Source: Mustelus asterias (Eukaryota). From it: a stretch of DNA of 55,344 nucleotides. Below the pieces are notes generated by a model, which was not told the DNA's origin, ran no database searches, and worked only from the letters and a program-made list of their open reading frames with translations. Location: NCBI RefSeq assembly GCF_964213995.1, contig NW_027590307.1:434001-489344 (forward strand), read 5' to 3'. The position numbers were made by a program, and so were the translations under genes. Of this stretch, positions 1-13,210 are shown piece after piece; positions within the stretch are counted from its first letter, which is position 1, and the number at the start of each line of letters is the position of its first letter.

Positions 1-493
1 ATTGGCAGGGTCACATGATGATGTGGTTAATGGCGAGGCTAGGTCTAGAAGAGAGAAATAATTTTCTGGGAATTGTTGAAAGATAGAGGTCTGCAAGCTG
101 CTCTGAAAATCAAAACCTCTCTGAAAGCTTCAAGACTGTCTACACTGAGTAAAGCAAGTATATTTATAGTTGCTAACTGTATTTAAAATGGTTTTTTAGT
201 CTGGAAGAAGAATGTTACTTATTTGGAACTGAAACAGTGATAAGTTAGAAATTAAAGTTGTTCCTTTTCACTTTTGAATATTGTTCAATTGTTAATAGTT
301 GTATCATTTGTTGGAATTATATTTGAACTGTTATTAAATAAAGTTTGTTTTACTATAAATAATCTCTATCTTGTCTGTGGAATTACTCCTGGAGAAAAGC
401 ATTCTACCCTCACAATTATGCCAAAATAAAAAAATTATTGGGGTCGAATCCAGCTTCTAAATGTAATTTTGGGTTTTGTCCAGGGCCCCAACA
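1..493 (+). mobile_element. Possible 3' part of an LTR (solo LTR-like)
   Basis: AT-rich non-coding stretch with AATAAA (~337), ending ...CCCCAACA immediately before a CR1 fragment. Pattern-based only. Confidence 0.3.
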
Positions 494-494
494 A

Positions 495-1030
495 TCGAAT
501 ATCAGAGCAGGGAGGTCATGATGGAGATGTATAAAACACTGGTTAGGCCACAGCTAGAGTACTGTGTGCAGTTCTGGCCGCAACACTATAGGAAGGATGT
601 GGTTGCACTGGAGACGGTGCTGAGGAGATTCACCAGGATGTTGCCTGGGCTGAAGAGTTTCAGCTATGAAGAGAAGCTGCTTAGGCTGGGGATGTTTTCC
701 TCAGAGCAGAGAAAGCTGAGGGGGAACCTCACTGAAATGCACAAAATTATGTGGCACAGAGATAGGGTAGATAGGGAGAAAGTCTTCCCCTTAGTAGAGG
801 GGTCAATAATCAGGGGGTGTAGATTTAAGGTCAGGGGCGGGAGATTTAGAGGGGATTTGGAGAAAAGCCTTTTCATTCAGAGGGTGGTCTGAAAGGGTGG
901 TAGAGGCGGGAATACCTACAGCATTTAAGAAACATTTAGATGGGCACTTGAAACGCTATAGCACACAGCGATATGGACAAAGTGCTGGAAAATGGGATTA
1001 CAATAGATAGGTGCTTAATGGTGCTTTGTG
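495..1030 (+). mobile_element. CR1-clade LINE 3' fragment
   Basis: Peptide YKTLVRPQLEYCVQFW...RRFTRMLPGL, typical of the CR1 ORF2 C-terminus, with an in-frame stop at the usual VWN. Confidence 0.9.
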
Positions 1031-1162
1031 TTTGACCTGATGAGTGCAAGATGAAAAGATTCAGCAAAATATCTCTGCCTTCAAAAGTACCGCAAATCGA
1101 TGTTCAATTGCTTCAAAACTTGTTCAGACCACATTTGGATCACTGTGTACAGTTTTAATCAG

Positions 1163-2066
1163 CGCACTGTCAGAGGGTCAGTACTGAGGGAGTGTTGCAC
1201 TGTCAGAGGGTCAGTACTGAGGGAGCGCTGCACTGTCAGAGGGTCAGTACTGAGGGAGTGTTGCACTGTCAGAGGGTCAGTACTGAGGGAGTGCTGCACT
1301 GTCAGAGGGTCAGTACTGAGGGAGCGCTGCATTGTCAGAGGGTCAGTACTGAGGGAATGTTGCACTCACAGAGAGTCAGTACTGAGGGAGTGCTGCACTG
1401 TCAGAAGGTCAGTACTGAGGGAGTGCTACACTGTCAGAGGATCAGTATTGAGGGAGCGCTGCACTGTCAGAAGGTCAGTATTGAGGGAGTGCTGCACTGT
1501 CAGAGGGTCAGTACTGAGGGAGTGCAGCACTGTCAGAGGGTCAGTACTGAGGGACCGCTGCACTGTCAGAGGGTCAGTGCTGAGGGAGTGCTGCACTGTC
1601 AGAGGATCAGTACTGAGGGAGTGCTGCACTGTCAGAGGGTCAGTACTGAGGGACCGCTGCACTGTCAGAGGGTCAGTGCTGAGGGAGTGCTGCACTGTCA
1701 GAGGATCAGTACTGAGGGAGTGCTGCACTGTCAGAGGGTTAGTACTGAGGGAGTGATGCACTGTCAGAGGGTCAGTACTGAGGGACCGCTGCACTGTCAG
1801 AGGGTCAGTACTGAGGGAGCGCTGCTCTGTCAGAGGGTCAGTACTGAGGGAGTGATGCACTGTCAGATGGTCAGTACTGAGGGAGCGCTGCACTGTCAGA
1901 GGGTCAGTACTGAGGGAGCGCTGCACTGTCAGAGGGTCAGTACTGAGGGAGTGATGCACTGTCAGAGGGTCAGTACTGAGGGACCGCTGCACTGTCAGAG
2001 GGTCAGTACTGAGGGAGCGCTGCACTGTCAGATGGTCAGTACTGAGGGAGTGCTGCACTGTCAGAG
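1163..2066 (+). repeat. 33-bp minisatellite (CACTGTCAGAGGGTCAGTACTGAGGGAGTGCTG), about 27 units
   Basis: Visible tandem repeat; 11-aa periodicity in the translated frames. Confidence 0.97.
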
Positions 2067-2552
2067 GTAAAGCGATGGTGGGACTCTGCGGAGTTGTTTT
2101 AAGTAGAGCAAGGAGGGATATGGACTGGCAGACAGACCCATTGTGATGAATGTTCTCCTGCCTCTATAGCATTGGGGTGGGGGGAGGGCATTGATGTCTG
2201 AGGGGTGGCATCTCAGTTAGGCATTGTTTATTTTTTTCAAGATGGACTAAACGTCTCCCGAAACATTCCGGAATGAGAGATCTCTCTGGATCGCCCATCA
2301 GTCATTCCCAGATCCTAGGACAGCAATGGGCAGCGGCGGACCAGTCTTGGCTCGAGCACAGTTTGGGAATTGCCATTTTCAAGGAGGTCATTAACAAAAG
2401 TGAATATTTTCCATAATGGCATAGAATTTAGTGTCAGAAAATAGATTTAACACACAACCAGAAAATGCAAATTGTTATACTTGACACGAGATCCTCGCAT
2501 AGCTCATCAGCTCACTCACTCTCCACATTGAGAAGACGTGAGTAAAACTTTT

Positions 2553-5500
2553 CTGACCCTCTGACAGTGCAGCACTCCCTCAGCACTGACCCTCTGACAG
2601 TGCAGCACTCCCTCAGTACTGACCCTCTGACAGTGCAGCACTCCCTCAGTACTGACCCTCTGACAGTGCAGCACTCTCTCAGTACTGACCCTCTGACAGT
2701 GCAGCACTCCCTCAGCACTGACCCTCTGACAGTGCAGCACTCCCTCAGCACTGACCTTCTGACAGTGCAGCGCTCCCTCAGCACTGACCCTCTGACAGTG
2801 CAGCACTCCCTCAGTACTGACCCTCTGACAGTGCAGCGCTCCCTCAGTACTGACCCTCTGACAGTGCAGCACTCCCTCAGCACTGACCTTCTGACAGTGC
2901 AGCGCTCCCTCAGCACTGACCCTCTGACAGTACAGCACTCCCTCAGTACTGACCCTCTGACAGTGCAGCACAACCTCAGCACTGACCCTCTGACAGTGCA
3001 GCACTCCCTCAGTACTGACCCTGACAGTGCAGCATTCCCTCAGTACTGACCCTCTGACAGTGCAGCACTCCCTCAGTACTGACCCTCTGACAGTGCAGCA
3101 CTCCCTCAGTACTGACCCTCTGACAGTGCAGCACTCCCTCAGTACTGACCCTCTGACAGTGCAGCACTCCCTCAGTACTGACCCTCTGACAGTGCAGCAC
3201 TCCCTCAGTACTGACCCTCTGACAGTGCAGCACTCCCTCAGTACTGACCCTCTGACAGTGCAGCACTCCCTCAGTACTGACCCTCTGACAGTGCAGCGCT
3301 CCCTCAGTACTGACCCTCTGACAGTGCAGCGCTCCCTCAGTACTGACCCTCTGACAGTGCAGCGCTCCCTCAGTACTGACCCTCTGACAGTGCAGCACTC
3401 CCTCAGTACTGACCCTCTGACAGTGCAGCGCTCCCTCAGTACTGACCCTCTGACAGTGCAGCACTCCCTCAGTACTGACCCTCTGACAGTGCAGCGCTCC
3501 CTCAGTACTGACCCTCTGACAGTGCAGCACCCCCTCAGTACTGACCCTCTGACAGTGCAGCACTCCCTCGGTACTGACCCTCTGACAGTGCAGCGCTCCC
3601 TCAGTACTGACCCTCTGACAGTGCAGCACTCCCTCAGTACTGACCCTCTGACAGTGCCGCACTCCCTCGGTACTGACCCTCTGACAGTGCAGCACTCCCT
3701 CAGTACTGACCCTCTGACAGTGCAGCACTCCCTCAGTACTGACCCTCTGACAGTGCCGCACTCCCTCGGTACTGACCCTCTGACAGTGCAGCGCTCCCTC
3801 AGTACTGACCCTCTGATAGTGCAGCACTCCCTCAGTACTGACCCTCTGACAGTGCAGCACTCCCTCAGTACTGACCCTCTGACAGTGCAGCGCTCCCTCA
3901 GTACTGACCCTCTGACAGTGCAGCACTCCCTCAGTACTGACCCTCTGACAGTGCAGCACTCCCTCAGTACTGACCCTCTGACAGTGCAGCACTCCCTCAG
4001 TACTGACCCTCTGACAGTGCAGCGCTCCCTCAGTACTGACCCTCTGACAGTGCAGCACTCCCTCAGTACTGACCCTCTGACAGTGCAGCACTCCCTCAGT
4101 ACTGACCCTCTGACAGTGCAGCACTCCCTCAGTACTGACCCTCTGACAACGCAGCGCTCCCTCAGTACTGACCCTCTGACAGTGCAGCACTCCCTCAGTA
4201 CTGACCCTCTGACAGTGCAGCACTCCCTCAGTACTGACCCTCTGACAGTGCAGCACTCCCTCAGTACTGACCCTCTGACAGTGCAGCACTCCCTCAGTAC
4301 TGACCCTCTGACAGTGCAGCACTCCCTCAGTACTGACCCTCTGACAGTGCGGCACTCCCTCAGTACTGACCCTCTGACAGTGCAGCACTCCCTCAGTACT
4401 GACCCTCTGACAGTGCAGCACTCCCTCAGTACTGACCCTCTGACAGTGCAGCACTCCCTCAGTACTGACCCTCTGACAGTGCAGCACTCCCTCAGTACTG
4501 ACCTTCTGACAGTGCAGCACTCCCTCAGTACTGACCCTCTGACAGTGCAGCACTCCCTCAGTACTGACCCTCTGACAGTGCAGCACTCCCTCAGTACTGA
4601 CCCTCTGACAGTGCGGCACTCCCTCAGTACTGACCCTCTGACAGTGCAGCACTCCCTCAGTACTGACCCTCTGACAGTGCAGCACTCCCTCAGTACTGAC
4701 CCTCTGACAGTGCAGCACTCCCTCAGTACTGACCCTCTGACAGTGCAGCACTCCCTCAGTACTGACCCTCTGACAGTGCAGCACTCCCTCAGTACTGACC
4801 CTCTGACAGTGCAGCACTCCCTCAGTACTGACCCTCTGACAGTGCGGCACTCCCTCAGTACTGACCCTCTGACAGTGCAGCACTCCCTCAGTACTGACCC
4901 TCTGACAGTGCAGCACTCCCTCAGTACTGACCCTCTGACAGTGCAGCACTCCCTCAGTACTGACCCTCTGACAGTGCGGCACTCCCTCAGTACTGACCCT
5001 CTGACAGTGCAGCACTCCCTCAGTACTGACCCTCTGACAGTGCAGCACTCCCTCAGTACTGACCCTCTGACAGTGCAGCACTCCCTCAGTACTGACCCTC
5101 TGACAGTGCAGCACTCCCTCAGTACTGACCCTCTGACAGTGCAGCACTCCCTCAGTACTGACCCTCTGACAGTGCAGCACTCCCTCAGTACTGACCCTCT
5201 GACAGTGCAGCACTCCCTCAGTACTGACCCTCTGACAGTGCGGCACTCCCTCAGTACTGACCCTCTGACAGTGCAGCACTCCCTCAGTACTGACCCTCTG
5301 ACAGTGCAGCACTCCCTCAGTACTGACCCTCTGACAGTGCGGCACTCCCTCAGTACTGACCCTCTGACAGTGCAGCACTCCCTCAGTACTGACCCTCTGA
5401 CAGTGCAGCACTCCCTCAGTACTGACCCTCTGACAGTGCAGCACTCCCTCAGTACTGACCCTCTGACAGTGCGGCACTCCCTCAGTACTGACCCTCTGAC

Positions 5501-6203
5501 AGTGCAGCACTCCCTCAGTACTGACCCTCTGACAGTGCAGCACTCCCTCAGTACTGACCCTCTGACAGTGCAGCACTCCCTCAGTACTGACCCTCTGACA
5601 GTGCAGCACTCCCTCAGTATTGACCCTCTGACAGTGCAGCACTCCCTCAGTACTGACCCTCTGACAGTGCAGCACTCCCTCAGTACTGACCCTCTGACAG
5701 TGCAGCACTCCCTCAGTACTGACCCTCTGACAGTGCGGCACTCCCTCAGTACTGACCCTCTGACAGTGCAGCACTCCCTCAGTACTGACCCTCTGACAGT
5801 GCAGCACTCCCTCAGTACTGACCCTCTGACAGTGCAGCACTCCCTCAGTACTGACCCTCTGACAGTGCAGCACTCCCTCAGTACTGACCCTCTGACAGTG
5901 CAGCACTCCCTCAGTACTGACCCTCTGACAGTGCGGCACTCCCTCAGTACTGACCCTCTGACAGTGCAGCACTCCCTCAGTACTGACCCTCTGACAGTGC
6001 AGCACTCCCTCAGTACTGACCCTCTGACAGTGCAGCACTCCCTCAGTACTGACCCTCTGACAGTGCAGCACTCCCTCAGTACTGACCCTCTGACAGTGCA
6101 GCACTCCCTCAGTACTGACCCTCTGACAGTGCAGCACTCCCTCAGTACTGACCCTCTGACAGTGCAGCACTCCCTCAGTACTGACCCTCTGACAGTGCAG
6201 CAC
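2553..6203 (-). repeat. Same 33-bp minisatellite in inverted orientation, about 110 highly homogeneous units
   Basis: Reverse complement of the 1163-2066 unit; source of the spurious >1000-aa ORFs. Confidence 0.97.
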
Positions 6204-7960
6204 ATCTCGCCAGACCACACCGAAACCCATGTGATTTTAGTTTTTGTACCAGTCTGCCATGTGGGACCTTTTCAAACACCTTACTAAAGTCCATATAAAC
6301 TACACCCACAGCCCTTCCCTCATCAATTATATCTGGCACCTCTTCAAAAAACTCAATCAAGTTGGTGAGACGTGACCTTCCCTCTACAAAACCATGCTGC
6401 TTGTCACTAACTAGTCCATTTTCCTCCAAATGTGTATATATCCTGTCCCTCAGTATTTTCGCCAAAAGCTTCCCCACCACTGATGTCAGACTCCCCGGCC
6501 TATAATTTCCTGGATTATCCCAGCTTCCTTTCTTAAACAAGGGAACAACATTGGCTATTCTCCAGTCCTCTGGAACCTTGCCTGTGGTCAAAGAGGATGT
6601 GAAGATATCTGTTAAGGCCCCAGCTATTTCTCCCCTTGCCTTCCGCAGAAACCTGGGATTGATCCCATCTGACCCTGGAGACTTATCTACATTAATGCAA
6701 TGTCGGATACTCAATACCTTCTCCTTCGATATATTGACAATATATATTCATTCCAGGGATCATTCTTGTGAAACTCCTCTGGACCCTCTTCAAGGCCAGC
6801 ACATCCTTCCTTAGATACAGTGCTCAAAATTGCCCACAACATTCCAAATGTGGTCTGAGCTTTATAAAGCCTCAGCAGTACATCCCTGCTTTTGTATTCT
6901 AGATCTCTCAAAATAAATGCTAACATTGCATTTGCCTTCCTCACTACCAACTCAAGCTGCAAGTCAAACTTTAAGAGAATCCAGAACCAAAACTCCCAGG
7001 TCCCTTTGTGCTTCTGATTTCTGAACCTGCTCCATTTAGAAAATAGTCTATGCCTCTACTCTTCCTCCCAAAGTGCATAACCTCACACTTTTCTACATTG
7101 TATTCCATCTGCCACTTCTTTGCCCACTCTCCTAACCTGTCCAAGTCCTTCTGCAGCCTCCCCGCCTCTTCAACACTACCTGTCCCTCCACCTATCTTTG
7201 TATCATCTGCAAACTTAGTCACAATGCCCTCAGTTCCTTCATCTAGATCACTGATATATAAAGTGAAGAGTTAAGGTCCCAACATGGACCCCTGCAGAAC
7301 TCCACTAGTCACCAGCTGCCACCCTGAAAAGGACTCTTTTATTCCCACTCTCTGCCTTCTGTCAGTTAATCTGTTATCCATGCTCGCACCTCACCTCTAA
7401 CACCATGGCTTCTTAGTTTACTCAGCAGCGTGACACCTTGTCAAAGGCCATCTGAAAATCCAAGTCAATAACATCCACTGGCTCCCCTTTGTTTAACCTG
7501 CTCCTTACCTCCTCAAAGAATTCTAACAGATTTGTCAGGCATAATCTCCCCTTAATGAAACCATGCTGAGTTCGCCCTATTTGACCATGCACTTCCAAGT
7601 ACTCTGAAATGTCATTCTTAATAATAGGAACTTGGGAACATAGGAATATTGGAGGGAGAGTAGGTAATTCAGCCCTCCAAGCCCATTCCACCATTCTATA
7701 AGATCATGACTGATCTTCATCTCATCCTAACTCCACTTCCCGCTTTTGATCAAATGTTTCTCTATCTCTTTCTTGAATCCATTGATTGATTCTGTATCCA
7801 CTGTACTCTGGGGCAGTGAGTTCCATAGATTCACAACCTCTAGAAGTAGCTGCTCCTTATTTCTGTCTTGAACCTGCCCCCTCTTGCTCTACAACTATGA
7901 CCTCTTGTCCTAGACTGTTCTAGAAGGGGGAACATTTAATTAACATTTACTTCATCAAAC
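6204..7960 (-). mobile_element. Cluster of CR1 LINE RT and 3' fragments
   Basis: Minus-strand peptides KSPGSDGINPR..VPLFKKG..NYRP..KQHGF..YMDFSK and KFADDTKIGG..LQKDLDRL; an older CR1 3' tail at ~7630-7960. Confidence 0.9.
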
Positions 7961-8235
7961 TCGTCTTTTTACCTTTGCGGTTTCATCCACACAGAGTCTA
8001 CATCTTCAGGCCCCGTGCTGGATAGGTGGATTGGCCGTGCTAAATTCACCCTCAGTGAACCCAAACAGGAGCCGGAGCGTGACAACGAGGGGATTTTCAT
8101 AGAAACTTCATTGCGGTATTAATGTAAGCCTACTTGTGACTAATAACTTTACAACATTATTTCTTGTTATCGATTTAATTTCATTTCTTACAAGGCATCC
8201 CTGCCCCCTTTGCCCACCTGCCTGTCATAAAATCT

Positions 8236-8552
8236 TAGCATCCCTACAGTGCAGAAGGAGGCCATTCGGCCCATCGTGTCAGCACCGACCACAATCCCAC
8301 CCAGGCCCTATTCCTGTAACCTCTCATACTTACGCTGTTAATCCCCCTGACACTAGGGTCAATTTAGCATGGCCAATCAACCTAACCCACACATCTTTGG
8401 AGTGTGGGAGGAAACTGGAGCACCCGGAGGAAACCCATGCAGACACGGGGAGAATGTACAGACTCCGCACAGACAGTGACCCGAGGCCAGAATTGAACCC
8501 GGGTCCCTGGCACTGTGAGGCAGCAGTGCTCACGACTGTACCACTGTGCCAC
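8236..8552 (-). mobile_element. HE1-type tRNA-derived V-SINE, next to a CR1 endonuclease fragment (to ~8760)
   Basis: tRNA-like head (GGTTCAATTC B-box), V-domain TTCTCCCCGTGTCTGC..GGGTTTCCTCCGGGTGCTCC, CR1-like tail. The adjacent frame reads YLNVHSIRNK..ITESWL. Confidence 0.85.
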
Positions 8553-9006
8553 TCTTCTGTTTTTGCGATGGGATGTGTATCCTTGGATATTTAGCTCCCA
8601 GCCCTGTTGCCCTTGCAGCCACGACTCTGTGATGTCTACAACATCGTACCCACCAATTTCAATCTGCGCTACAAGTTCATTTACTTTATTCCGTATGCTG
8701 TGCACATTCAGATACAACACCCTCCATCCTGCATTAACCATCCCCTTCTCATTGTCATCCCCTTATCTGCTGTACCGGAAGTTAGATCCCTAACCCTTTC
8801 CAAACAGTCCATCCTATTATTTGCTCCAGAGACTTCAATAACCTCACCTGAGCTCTCCTTCCCTTTTAGTTTTCCCTGCAGCTGAACCTTGCAGGGAGAG
8901 AGACAGACAGACACTGAGGGGAGGAAGAAAAGAGTTGAGGGGAAGGAGGTGATAGAGAGAGACAGAGAAACAGAGAGAGGGAGAGAGAGCTGTGGAGAAA
9001 GAGAGG

Positions 9007-9665
9007 TGATGTGGAAATGCCAGCGTTGGACTGGGGTAAGCATAGTAAGAAGTCTCACAACACCAGATTAAAGTCTAACAGGTTTATTTGGTAGCACAAG
9101 CTACAAGCTTTCGGAGCACTGCCCCTTCATCAGGTGAGAGGGAGTTGTGTTGACAAAGAGGGCATATAAAGACACCAACTCAATTTACAAGATAATGATT
9201 GGAATGCGAGTCTTTACAGGTAATCAAGTCTTAAAGGTAAAGACAATGTGAGTGGAGACAGGGTTAAGCACAGGTTAAAGAGATGTGTATTGTCTCCAGC
9301 CAGGACAGTTAGTGAGGTTTTGCAAGCTCAGGCAAGTCGTGGGGGTTACAGATAGTGTGACATGAACCCAAGATCCCGGTTGAGGCCGTCCTCATGAGTG
9401 CGGAACTTGGCTATCAGTTTCTGCTCAGTGATTTTGCGTTGTTGTGTGTCGTGAAGGCCGCCTTGGAGAACGCTTACTCGAAGATCAGAGGCTGAATGCC
9501 CGTGACTGCTGAAGTGTTCCCCGATTGGAAGGGAACACTCCTGCCTGGTGATTGTCGAGCGGTGTTCATTCATCCGTTGTCGTAGCGTCTGCATGGTTTC
9601 CCCAATGTACCATGCCTCGGGACATCCTTTCCTGCAGAGTATCAGGTAGACAACATTGGCCGAGT
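9007..9665 (-). mobile_element. Penelope-like element 3' part (GIY-YIG endonuclease + terminal repeat), inverted arm
   Basis: Peptide VVYLILCRKGCPEAWYIGET..LRQRMNEHR..GLNRD. Confidence 0.9.
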
Positions 9666-9679
9666 CGCAAGAGTATGCT

Positions 9680-10686
9680 GAAAGACTCATCGATCAACAG
9701 TTCCGACATGCCACAGCGAAGAACCGCACCGACCTCCACAGAAGACAAACACGGGACACGGCGGACAGAGTACCCTTCGTCGTCCAGTACTTCCCCGGAG
9801 CAGAGAAGCTACGACATCTTCTCCGGAGCCTTCAACATGTCATCGATGAAGACAAACATCTCGCCAAGGCCATCCCCACACCCCCACTTCTTGCCTTCAA
9901 ACAACCGCACAACCTCAAACAGACCATTGTCCGCAGCAAACTACCCAGCCTTCAGGAGAACAGTGACCACGACACCACACAACCCTGCCACAGCAACCTC
10001 TGCAAGACGTGCCGGATCATCGACACAGATGCCATCATCTCACGTGAGAACACCATCCACCAGGTACACGGTACATACTCTTGCAACTCGGCCAACATAT
10101 GCTGCAGGAAAGGATGTCCCGAGGCATGGTACATTGGGGAAACCATGCAGACGCTACGACAACGGATGAATGAACACCGCTCGACAATCACCAGGCAGGA
10201 GTGTTCCCTTCCAATCGGGGAACACTTCAGCAGTCACGGGCATTCGGCCTCTGATCTTCGGGTAAGCGTTCTCCAAGGCGGCCTTCACAACACACGACAA
10301 CACAGAGTCGCTGAGCAGAAACTGATAGCCAAGTTCCGCATACATGAGGACGGCCTCAACCGGGATATTGGGTTCATGTCACACTATCTGTAACCCTCAC
10401 GACTTGCCCGGGCTTGCAAAATCTCACTAACTGTCCTGGCTGGAGACAATACACATCTCTTTAACCTGTGCTTAACCCTCTCTCCACTCACATTGTCTGT
10501 ACCTTTAAGACTTGATTACCTGTAAAGACTCGCATTCCAACCATTATTTTGTAAATTGAGTTTGTGTCTTTATATGTCCCGTTTGTGATCAGAACTCCCA
10601 CTTACCCGATGAAGGAGCAGCGCTCCGAAAGCTAATGGCTTTTGCTACCAAATAAACCTGTTGGACTTTAACCTGGTGTTGTGAGA
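9680..10686 (+). mobile_element. Penelope-like element 3' part (RT C-terminal region + GIY-YIG), forward arm
   Basis: ORF 9656-10393 with RVPFVVQY..PPLLAFKQP..CKTC..YIGET; its terminal region is the reverse complement of 9040-9350. Confidence 0.9.
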
Positions 10687-11019
10687 AAGGGAGAGGCAGA
10701 GGCACAGAACGAGCGAGGGACATGGCGAGAGACAGAGACACAGATAATGAGATAACCACACTCAGTGATAGATACTGAGAGAATGAAAAACAGCCCCACC
10801 ACCAGTCCGCAGTAGGTACTGCAGCTTAAGTGTTGGGCCAGAAATAACTTCACTGAGAAATCATAACATTTTAAGCAATAAGACTTTAAATGCATGACTA
10901 GATTTAAAATGATCAGAGACAGACAGATTGTTCTGGAGTGACCTGTTAATCTGATAATGGGGCCTGTAATCATCACAATAGGTGATTGGTGGCATTTACA
11001 CAATGTCCCCTATCCAGAA

Positions 11020-11452
11020 TGTAGAGGGAGCTTTACTCTGTATCTAACCCCCTGCTGTACCTGTCCTGGGAGTGTTTGATGGGGACAGTGTAGAGGGAGC
11101 TTTACTCTGTATCTAACCCCGTGCTGTCCCTGTCCTGGGAGTGTTTGATGGGGGCAGTGTAGAGGGGGTTTACTCTGTATCTAACCTCATGCTGTACCTG
11201 TTCTGGGAGTGTTTGATGGGGACAGTGTAGAGGGAGCTTTACTCTGTATCTAACCCCGTGCTGTACCTGTCCTGGGAGTGTTTGATGGGGGCAGGGTAGA
11301 GGGAGCTTTACTCTGTATCTAACCCCGTGCTGTCCCTGTCCTGGGAGTGTTTGATGGGGACAGTGTAGAGGGAGATTTACTCTGTATCTAACCCCGTGCT
11401 GTCCCTGTCCTGGGAGTGTTTGATGGGGACAGTGTCGAGGGAGCTTCACTCT
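11020..11452 (+). repeat. 69-bp minisatellite (GTGTAGAGGGAGCTTTACTCTGTATCTAACCCCGTGCTGTACCTGTCCTGGGAGTGTTTGATGGGGACA), about 6 units
   Basis: Visible tandem repeat; 23-aa periodicity. Confidence 0.95.
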
Positions 11453-12074
11453 AGATCGCTGGCAGTAACCAAATTCTTCACTTCTGATCCTCCATGTGGT
11501 GAGAGAGGTCACTAATCTCTGTCCCACACTCTTCTGGTGTAACCCCAAGTGTATAAAAGAATCTTAGAATAGAATCTCACTGTTGTCTACGAGGATCAGG
11601 CTCCATCTCATGTTCTTTCTTATTAGGCATAGTCCTTTCTGAAACGTTGTCTTTGCCAGGAAGTTGTCATATTGTTACTGGCCTGTTGCCTGTTGCATAC
11701 TAAATCCAACATTGGGTTGTTTACTGCCTGGAAACATTCATGCCACAAGTCAGTGCGTGCCAGGCAATGACCAAGGCCAACAGGGGAGGATCTAACCATC
11801 GCCCCTTGACATTCGATGGCATTACCATCGCTCAGTCCCCCACTATCAACATCCTGGAGCATAGCTCAAGAGATAGATTATAAAACAGGGAGTAGCGATT
11901 GTATCGAACTTTGGTGAGGCCACAGTTGGAGTACTGTGTGCAGTTCTGGTCATCACATAATAGGAAGGATGTGATTGCACTGGAGGGGGTGCAGAGGAGA
12001 TTCACCAGGATGTTGCCTGGGATGGAACATTTAAGTTACAAAGAGAGGTTGCGTAAGCTTAGGTTGTTTTTGTT

Positions 12075-12975
12075 GAGCGGAGAAGCTACGACATCTTCTC
12101 CGGAGCCTTCAACATGTCATTGATGAAAACAAACATCTCGCCAAGGCCATCCCCACACCCCCACTTCTTGCCTTCAAACAACCGCACAACCACAAACAGA
12201 CCATTGTCCGCAGCAAACTACCCAGCCTTCAGGAGAACAGTGACCATGACACCACACAACCCTGCCACAGCAACCTCTGCAAGACGTGCCGGATCATCGA
12301 CACAGATGCCATCATCTCACGTGAGAACATCATCCACCAGTTACACGGTACATACTCTTGCAACTCGGCCAACATTGTCTACCTGATACGCTGCAGGAAA
12401 GGATGTCCCGAGGCATGGTACATTGGGGAAACCATGCAGACGCTGTGACAACGGATGAATGAACACCACTCGACACTTACCAGGCAAGAGTGATCTCTTC
12501 CTGTTGGGGAACACTTCAGCGGTCATGGGCATTCGGCCTCTGATCTTCGGGTAAGCGTTCTCCAAGGCGGCCTTCACAACACACGACAACACAGAGTCGC
12601 TGAGCAGAGACTGATAGCCAAGTTCCGCAAACATGAGGACGGCCTCAACCGGGATCTTGGGTTCATGTCACACTATCTGTAACCCCCACGACTTGCCTGG
12701 GCTTGCAAAATCTCACTAACTGTCCTGGCTGGAGACAATTCACATCTCTTTAACCTGCGCTTAACCCTCTCTCCACTCACATTGTCTGTACCTTTGAGAC
12801 TTGATTACCTGTAAAGACTCGCATTCCAACCATTATTTTGTAAATTGAGTTTGTGTCTTTATATGTCCCGTTTGTGATCAGAACTCCCACTCACCTGATG
12901 AAGGAGCAGCGCTCCGAAAGCTAATGGCTTTTGCTACCAAATAAACCTGTTGGACTTTAACCTGGTGTTGTGAGA
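12075..12975 (+). mobile_element. Penelope-like element (hybrid copy at the duplication junction)
   Basis: Same sequence as 9800-10686; left junction shared with the 15144 copy, right junction shared with the 10686 copy. Confidence 0.9.
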
Positions 12976-13210
12976 AAGGGAGAGGCAGAGGCACAGAACG
13001 AGCGAGGGACATGGCGAGAGACAGAGACAGAGATACTGAGATAACCACACTCAGTGATAGATACTGAGAGAATGAAAAACAGCCCCACCACCAGTCCGCA
13101 GTAGGTACTGCAGCTTAAGTGTTGGCCAGAAATAACTTCACTGAGAAATCATAAATAATAAAAATGCTGCAAAGCTCTTTGAAAGACATCATATTTCATG
13201 AAGCAACAGG

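Noticed and set aside
1163-6203. CRISPR-like appearance of regular ~33-bp repeats
   Set aside because: Units are head-to-tail with no unique spacers, there are no cas genes, and the context is eukaryotic.
2516-6287. ORFs of 1073-1234 aa (RECCTVRGSVL / HCQRVSTEGVL / QHSLSTDPLTV repeats), also at 1100-2070 and 46574-47509
   Set aside because: They come from a 33-bp unit with no stop in several frames on both strands. The array has a frameshifting deletion (~3020) and occurs at several dispersed sites in both orientations.
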